Positions 56,767-64,000 of a DNA stretch of 64,000 nucleotides are shown in pieces (the first letter of the stretch is position 1; every line of letters starts with the position of its first letter). A model generated the notes under the pieces. That model had not been told where the DNA came from. It did no database searches and saw nothing but the letters and a program-made list of their open reading frames with translations. Origin of the DNA: Macrostomum lignano (lineage: Eukaryota); the NCBI GenBank assembly GCA_002269645.1, contig NIVC01000591.1, forward strand, positions 620,001 to 684,000, written 5' to 3'. The position numbers were made by a program, and so were the translations under genes.

Positions 56767-59700
56767 ATGGATTTGGAAGGTCGCAGAAGTTCTTACTCAA
56801 TTGCCCGTGTACTAGAAGAAGTGCAGGAGCAGAAGACCAAAGAGCAACAATTGCAGAAACGACAATCCGGTTTGATTACCGAATCAGAGGTGCTTGAAGC
56901 TTCATCGAATTCTTCCGCTAGCGGCACGCAGGAGGCGCCTGAGGAGGAGTTGCAGTTTAAGCCGGGATTTGTCAGTCAGCTGTTGGGCAAATTCGGTGGG
57001 CAGCAGCAGCAGCGGGCTGCTAGCAGTTCTAACAGCTCCGAGGTTGCTGCTGGTCTGAGGAAAGCGTCCTCCACACAGAACCTGTCCGGGACTGCCACAT
57101 TTGGCGGGGTTGTTCTGAGGCGTCAACCAGTTGCTAGTACTAATAGTAGTAGTAGTACCAGTGCTACTGGTCCGGCCACGGTGGCTAGGCGTCGATCCCA
57201 GGACGTCAGCGGCAATGCTGCCAATGTCAATGGCAACGGTGGTAGTCACGTTTTTGCGTTCAGCGGTGGAAATTCTTCTCCGGCATCCCCGGCGACTCAA
57301 GCGTCGTCGAGTCCTAGCGGTAGCAGCACTGCTAGCGGCAATCGTGTCTTTATAATTCCCAAAACCAGCGCTTCTCCCGTTGTCAGGCGTTGGCAACAAC
57401 AGCAACAGCAGCAGGCGCCAGTTCAAAAACCAACTCCTCCTTCTGAGGCAATAAAACCATCGCCGTCTCCTACTGACAATTTGAAAACAAAAACGACCGA
57501 ACAAATTAACGAAGTTCAACAAAAACCGGAAGTAACCACGGAAAGTCTTGTAACGATACCCAGCGATAGTGAAAGTTTGCCAATTAAAAACTTGGTTCAA
57601 TCTAAGCGTAGTATGTTTGAACAGCCGCAGCAGCAACAGTCTGTCGTGAGTCACGCTAAAACCAATGGCGGCGCTGGCTTGGGAACCACTGTTACTAAGG
57701 TATCGCTGAGTCCTCATAACCATCAGCACCAGCCTGTGATTGGGCGCAGCGGCTCTAATAATGCTACCAGACAGATTCTGCCAAGATCAGTTGAAATTGT
57801 CAAAGCGACTTCGCCAAAAATGCCGACTCAACAGTCTTCAAAGCCTTCCACGCCGCCCCAGCCGCAGCCGGCAAAGTCCGTATTACCTTCTAAGCCGAGC
57901 GTGGTTCCGGCTCCCACTGTTGCCATGGTAACGAAACCAACAACAACAGTAACCGCAACAACACCTGCAAAAAAATCATCAAACACTAAGAAAAGCGACT
58001 CAGACGGTTACGGTTTCGGATTGCCAGTGCCGCAACTGAAATCTTCTCTGCCATTTAACGGCGAAAATCTCAAACGAGTAGCTCTGAACGATCGAGCCGT
58101 GGTTGCCATGCGCAAAGCCGGCAAATCTTGGTTCTTCGGCACCGACGTTGCCGAAGCTCCCGAGGGCAGCATCGCCGTAAAATTGACGCCTAACGATCGG
58201 CCATTCTCCCTGACCGAGGACGGCGACTCTTCCCACGCGGCTAACGACGTCGATGAATTGACGGAAGAACGGCGAGCTCAGACCACGGTGTGGGATCATG
58301 TCAGAAATGCCGACTCGGGGAGGCAGCGCGTTGATCCGGGCTTGGCCGCTGAGGCTCGCCGTTTGATGTCGTCCGCTGCTAGCGACGAGGGCGAGGCTGG
58401 CGACGATCAAAAGGCGACGTCGATTGCTGCCAGGAGAAATAAGAAAATGGTGAGCAATTTGGGCCTTGAGGCTCCAAGGCTCTGGGATATTCGGAGATGT
58501 TTTGGTGTCTATCATGAGGAGTACTTTAAGGATTACTTTATACCCTGGGTTTTAGGGAGAAATCAAAGTAACCCTTTGACACTAAACGGAAGTTTAAAAA
58601 TTCTTGAACACTTTCAAATCTTTTGATGCTTATGGCATAATGTGGTAATCCTTGGACACTTAGAGGTGCTTAGAAAAATCCTTGGACACTTAAGGGGCTT
58701 AGGGAAATCCTTTGACACTTAGAGCTGGGCTTAGGGAAATCCTTGGACACTTAGAGGTGCTTAGGGAAATCCTTGGACACTTAGAGGGGCTCAGGGAAAT
58801 CCTTGGACACTTAGAGGGGCTCAGGGAAATCCTTGGACACTTAAAGGGGCTTAGAGTAATCTTTAGAGTCTGAGAAGGATTAGACTAATCCTTAAACCAT
58901 TTTTAAGAGGTCATTCTTAGGCTCGGACACAGGTTTCTATTAACTTTTCAATTCAAAACAATCAAACTCTCAGCTGTGCTTCAAGCGAGACTCTGTGCTG
59001 GAGGAGACATTCGAATACCAGAGCGAGAAAAGCCTCATCGAGGAGCTGCGCATCACGCCGGACTACCCCACCGATCCGTTCGAACCATCGGATTCACCCA
59101 GCTCTCCCACCATCGACGAGGAAGAAGAGTTCAATCCGACGGCAGCTTCGGCAGCGACTGATGAAGCCAAAAAGGATGCTGTTAAAGAGGCTGACGGAGA
59201 CGCCAAAGTGGCTAACGGGACCGCTGGAGTCGGCCTGCGGCCTGCCGGGACTCGTGAGGCTCATTGATTACATGGGGTTGGAGAATATGATGAGTTTATC
59301 TGAGAGTGATGAGTTTATCTATGAAAGTGTGATGAGTTTATCTGAGTGTGATGAGTTTATCTGAGAGTGTGATGAGTTTATCTGAGTGTGATGAGTTTAT
59401 CTGAGTGTGATGAGTTTATCTGAGAGTGATGAGTTTATCTGAGTGTGATGAGTTTATCTGAGAGTGTGATGAGTTTATCTATGAAGGTGTGATGAGTTTA
59501 TCTGAGTGTGATGAGTTTATCTGAGTGTGATGAGTTTATCTGAGTGTGATGAGTTTATCTGAGTGTGATGAGTTTATCTGAGTGTGATGAGTTTATCTGA
59601 GTGTGATGAGTTTATCTGAGAGTGTGATGAGTTTATCTGAGAGTGTGATGAGTTTATTTGAGAGTGTGATGAGTTTATCTGAGTGTGATGAGTTTATCTG

Positions 59701-61321
59701 AGTGTGATGAGTTTATCTGAGAGTGTGATGAGTTTATCTATAAAAGTGTGATGAGTTTATCTAGGTGTGATGAGTTTATCTATGAAAATGTGATGGGTTT
59801 ATTTGAGAGTGTGATGAGTTTATCTGAGAGTGATGAGTATATCTGAGAGTGTGATGAGTTTATCTGAGAGTGTGATGAGTTTATCTGAGAGTGATGAGTT
59901 TATCTGAGAGTGATGGGTTTATCTGAGAGCGATGAGTTTATCTGAGAGTGTGATGAGTTTATCTGAGTGTGATGGGTTTATCTGAGAGTGATGAGTTTAT
60001 CTGAGTGTGATGAGTTTATCTGAGTGTGATGAGTTTATCTGAGAGTGATGAGTTTATCTGAGTGTGATGACTTTATCTGAGTGTGATGAGTTTATCTGAG
60101 AGTGTGATGAGTTTATCTGAGTGTGATAAGTTTATCTGAGTGTGATGAGTTTATCTGAGTGTGATGGTTTATCTGAGTGTGATGAGTTTATCTGAGAGTG
60201 ATGAGTTTATCTGAGTGTGATGACTTTATCTGAGTGTGATGGTTTATCTGAGTGTGATGAGTTTATCTGAGTGTGATGAGTTTATCTGAGAGTGATGAGT
60301 TTATCTGAGTGTGATGACTTTATCTGAGTGTGATGAGTTTATCTGAGAGTGTGATGAGTTTATCTGAGTGTGATAAGTTTATCTGAGTGTGATGAGTTTA
60401 TCTGAGTGTGATGAGTTTATCTGAGAGTGATGAGTTTATCTGAGTGTGATGACTTTATCTGAGTGTGATGAGTTTATCTGAGAGTGTGATGAGTTTATCT
60501 GAGTGTGATAAGTTTATCTGAGTGTGATGAGTTTATCTGAGTGTGATGGTTTATCTGAGTGTGATGAGTTTATCTGAGAGTGATGAGTTTATCTGAGTGT
60601 GATGACTTTATCTGAGTGTGATGAGTTTATCTGAGAGTGTGATGGGTTTATCTGAGAGTGATGAGTTTATCTGAGTGTGATGAGTTTATCTGAGAGTGGG
60701 ATGAGTTTATCTGAGTGTGATGAGTTTATCTGAGTGTGATGAGTTTATCTGAGTGTGATGAGTTTATCTTAGTGTGATGAGTTTATCTTAGTGTGATGAG
60801 TTCATCTGAGAGTGTGATGAGTTTATCTATGAGAGTGTGATGAGTTTATCTTTGATAGTGTGATAAGTTTATCTAAGATAGTGTGAGAAGTTTATCTATG
60901 AGTGTGATAAGTTTATCTGTTAAAAATCTGGTGAGTTTATCTGCACAAATCTGATGAGTTTATCTGTAAGAATCTGATGGGTTTACCTTTGAGTAGCTGG
61001 CAAAGGTATCGTTGCCTTGTGAGTTGGACTAGTAATTACCTAGCAAAATCGTTTACAATGTACTTTTTGATGAATCCCAGTCTTACTCTTTTATTTTTTA
61101 ATCCACTCCTTGCCGTAGCAACCGCCCTGGCCAACTATAATCCAAAATTGGCTGACGAATTTGTTTGGGGAGCTCGCAACAGCGCCATCAGTGAGGACAA
61201 GAGCAGCCAAGAGCAGCCTTCCAGCTCCACTGCAGCTGTCGGCGACATCGTTGACGCCGGAGCCGTTGACGATCCCGACGCCCAATGGTCGGCATCTGCT
61301 AGCGCTGACTTGCTATTCTAA
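56767..61321 (+). CDS. Taperin/phostensin (TPRN/PPP1R18)-like protein, about 721 aa, 3 exons
   Basis: Exons 56767-58449 (ATG|GTGAGC), 58974-59253 (C|GTGAGG) and 61119-61321 are phase-compatible. The spliced product gives NKKMLCF..LEETFEYQSEKSLIEEL, LANYNPK and a terminal ..ADLLF*, resembling the family C-terminus (KISF..TTFEYPSESS..; ..LYF). Further 5' exons are possible. Confidence 0.72.
58645..58860. repeat. 30-bp minisatellite (AATCCTTGGACACTTAGAGGGGCTTAGGGA), about 7 copies, intron 1
   Basis: Read directly. Confidence 0.9.
59290..60965. repeat. 17-21-bp satellite (GTGATGAGTTTATCTGA[GA])n, about 90 copies, intron 2
   Basis: Read directly; unit length varies by GA/GT dinucleotides. Confidence 0.97.
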
Positions 61322-61804
61322 TTATTCCCGTTAATAATGTGTTCAACATGGATTTTTATATCTTTATTTTTGAATTGGCGCCAAAACTAGCATGTGCGAA
61401 TAATACTACTTATTGTTAGGGCCAAATCAGTAGTAGAGATGAAATCGTATTCGAATTAATATTTTCTCTTAAACTATTAAATAATTCCATTATCGTGTTT
61501 CTGTACCCAAAATCCATTACTATACAGAGAGAAAATTGGGCTGTTAGTTAAAATGTATTAATAAGCTGTCGTTTAAAACTACTTTAAGTAGGCAGTTTGT
61601 TTCCATGCGTTTTTTCTTTTGTTCAACATTTTGGTCGAGCCTGCGGATTTTCTATTATTTATATCCTCGCATTCCGGACATTAAAGCTTCAGTATAATTT
61701 TTTTTCAATCTAAATTGGATGCCAAAACAGGTTCATCAGCTGGTGTTGCAAAACTTTAGTTTAACAATCAGCCATTGTAAATATATAAAGTAATAAGTTT
61801 AATT

Positions 61805-62090
61805 AATCCCATTTATGACAATTGAGTCCCGGATTTATGAATCCCATTTATGATAATTGTTAATTGAGTCCCGGATTTATGAATCCCATTTATCATAATT
61901 GAGTCCCGGATTTAGGAGTCCCATTTATGATAATTGGGTCCCCCGATTTATGAATCCCATTTATGATAATTGATAATTGAGTCCCGGATTTATTAATCTC
62001 ATTTATGATAATTGAGTCCCGGATTTATGAATCCCATTTATGATAATTGATAATTAAGCTCCTTATTTATGAATTCCATTTCAATAATGC
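61805..62090. repeat. ~35-bp minisatellite (AATTGAGTCCCGGATTTATGAATCCCATTTATGAT), about 7 copies
   Basis: Read directly. Confidence 0.88.
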
Positions 62091-62777
62091 TTTATTTATA
62101 GGTTATAATGCAGCTTATATAGTTTGTATTCCTATAATTCAGAGGTGCTAAACTTTCATAAGAGTGCTTCAATAAGTAGTATTTGTACAAACTGTCTGAT
62201 ATCTGTAATCTCAATTGTTTTTCTACTTAACCGCAGGCAAAAATGCATCCAGAAGAGCTGCTTTCACTGTAACTTGGCTAGTTTTAACCTTTTTGTAAAA
62301 TGTCAAATTTCCAGCATATGTTTTTTTAATTTGGTGTTTCTAAATTTTCTATTTTGCCATCTAAACATCAGCTTAATGCTACTCAATCAGCCAGCTGCTT
62401 CTCAACATTTCATTTATTAATGACAAATTTTAATAGAGTGAAACTAATTCAAGATAGATTGCAAACAGTAATTGTTTATTTCGTTTAAGATTGACAGTTT
62501 CTGCAATCTTATCGATGCTGCAGTTGATTTAAAAGTAATTTTTAATCAATAATATCAGTTTTTTATTATCATTTTTCTTTTCTATTCTCTGCGGCTTTTT
62601 ATTCTAGTTGAATTTTTCTTTCATTTCGGCTGTTAGAGAAGATTGCAGGCGGTTCTATTTTATAGTTTACAGCGTAAATGCTTGCGTATTGTGCTTTGTT
62701 TATTAAACTTTTTTGTTTATAAATTTCTAGATTATTTGTTGCCTACTCTGATTGCGCCAAGACAATATATATATATA

Positions 62778-63816
62778 CGAGGGGTGTCCCAAAAGTTCCC
62801 GGAATGTCTAACGTAGCTCTTCAACGGAGCCATGATGTTTCACGCCCTTGGTGTCAAATGAAAGGAAGTTTTGTCACGAAGAAAATGAAGTTAAAAGCAT
62901 GTTGATATCTGTTTTTATTCAGGAGCTGCAGCAAGAAACGTGCGCAGAGGTCAGGGGTACTGTTACACAACCTCAAAAATCTATGGCAATGATTTTAAAC
63001 AATAAAACACAGAACATTTCATACCGTTGATGAATCCTTGGGACATGCACCGATTCAAAATTCAAAGCGAATCGTCAAGCTCAGCCTGCGGCTTCTCCAC
63101 GTAGTCCCCATTCAGCTGAATACACCTCTGCCACTTTGAAAGCATGCCGTCGATGGCCTGGGCAAAAACAGTTCGAGGCATTTCATGATGCAGGATGAAG
63201 CGACGAGTGAAGCCTTCAAGTTCACTGCGGTTCTGGAACACCGGCTACGAATTTTCTGGACCGTCTCTAAAGCGTTCGATCCATTCGTAAATGGCAGTTT
63301 TTTCAGGCTTTTCTTACCATGGATGGAGAATAAGTGGTCAGAAATCTTGGCCCCACTCCATCCTATTGACCAAAGGACAAAAACTTGACTTCGCTGACTT
63401 TCGAGGCTCTGAAGAGAACCCAATTTGGCAAAGAGATTTCAAGTTGAAAGCAAGCGCTTGGTAAGAATTATCTGCACTCGCGCAAAAGCTCAGATTAGCT
63501 TAATGAGCATTTCTGCTTTTTTCCATAGACACTACCACGTCTTTCTGAGACGTTAGTAGCACGAATTCAAAATGAAAATATCCAAAAACGAAGATGAAAA
63601 ATTATTTTCAGTGATATGTGAGGTTGTGTAACAGTGCCCCTGACCTTTGCGCACGTTTCTTGCTGCAGCTCCTGAATGAAAACAGATATCAACATGCTTT
63701 TGACTTCATTTTCTTCGTGACAAAACTTCCTTTCATTTGACACCAGGGGCGTGGGGCATCATGGCTCCGTTGAAGAGCTGCGTTGGACATTCCGGGAGCT
63801 TTTGGGACACCCCTCG
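62778..63816 (-). mobile_element. Internally deleted Tc1/mariner element with 198-bp TIRs
   Basis: TA|CGAGGGGTGTCCCAAAAG...CTTTTGGGACACCCCTCG|TA, with TIRs at 62778-62975 and 63619-63816. The interior encodes a broken mariner N-terminal HTH on the minus strand (ESQRSQVFVLWSIGWSGAKISDHLFSIHG / TAIYEWIERFRDG). Confidence 0.9.
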
Positions 63817-64000
63817 TATATATCTTTTGTTTAAATCTAAATCTGTTCCAACTTCCTAACAAAAAAGATTATTTAAAACATGTTTTTTGATTTGAAAATT
63901 ATGATTTTTTGTTCAATATCGGCGAATGTACTTTTTGTTAAAAATTTAATACATTAAAAGTTTATATTGGTTATTATCTGTGTGTTATTTATTAATTATT

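Noticed and set aside
58645-58860. TTAGGG in the 30-bp repeat as a telomere-related sequence
   Set aside because: Only a few isolated hexamers occur, never in tandem.

Overview
This is eukaryotic (animal) genomic DNA with spliceosomal introns and many satellites; a free-living flatworm such as Macrostomum is my impression only. Host genes: an intronless orphan type-I membrane protein (423-1550); the 25-aa ribosomal protein eL41/RPL41 (2249-2326, minus, missed by the ORF track); an alpha-arrestin with a 1-nt frameshift; and a spliced taperin/phostensin-like gene (56767-61321). Three related secreted genes combine a PAN/apple-like domain with an ALK/LTK-type glycine-rich domain (GRD). Two of these add a long Thr/Pro mucin stalk and appear only after splicing ORFs that the track lists separately. 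The three sit in an inverted-plus-tandem duplicated block (about 20.8-40 kb). Mobile DNA: two LOA/R1-group LINEs with RNase H (one full length with a 15-bp TSD, one 5'-truncated with a 14-bp TSD), an intron-containing Crypton-type tyrosine recombinase with an intact frame, three hAT-type MITEs with 8-bp TSDs, and a mariner remnant with 198-bp TIRs. The most unusual observations are: the PAN-mucin-GRD gene cluster; a MITE carrying the 28S rDNA R2/I-PpoI target site with changes at the cut site; an intronic satellite built from box C and box D motifs; a satellite of about 90 E2F-type sites upstream of the same gene; and the Crypton. All counts and alignments were done by eye; no database searches were run.
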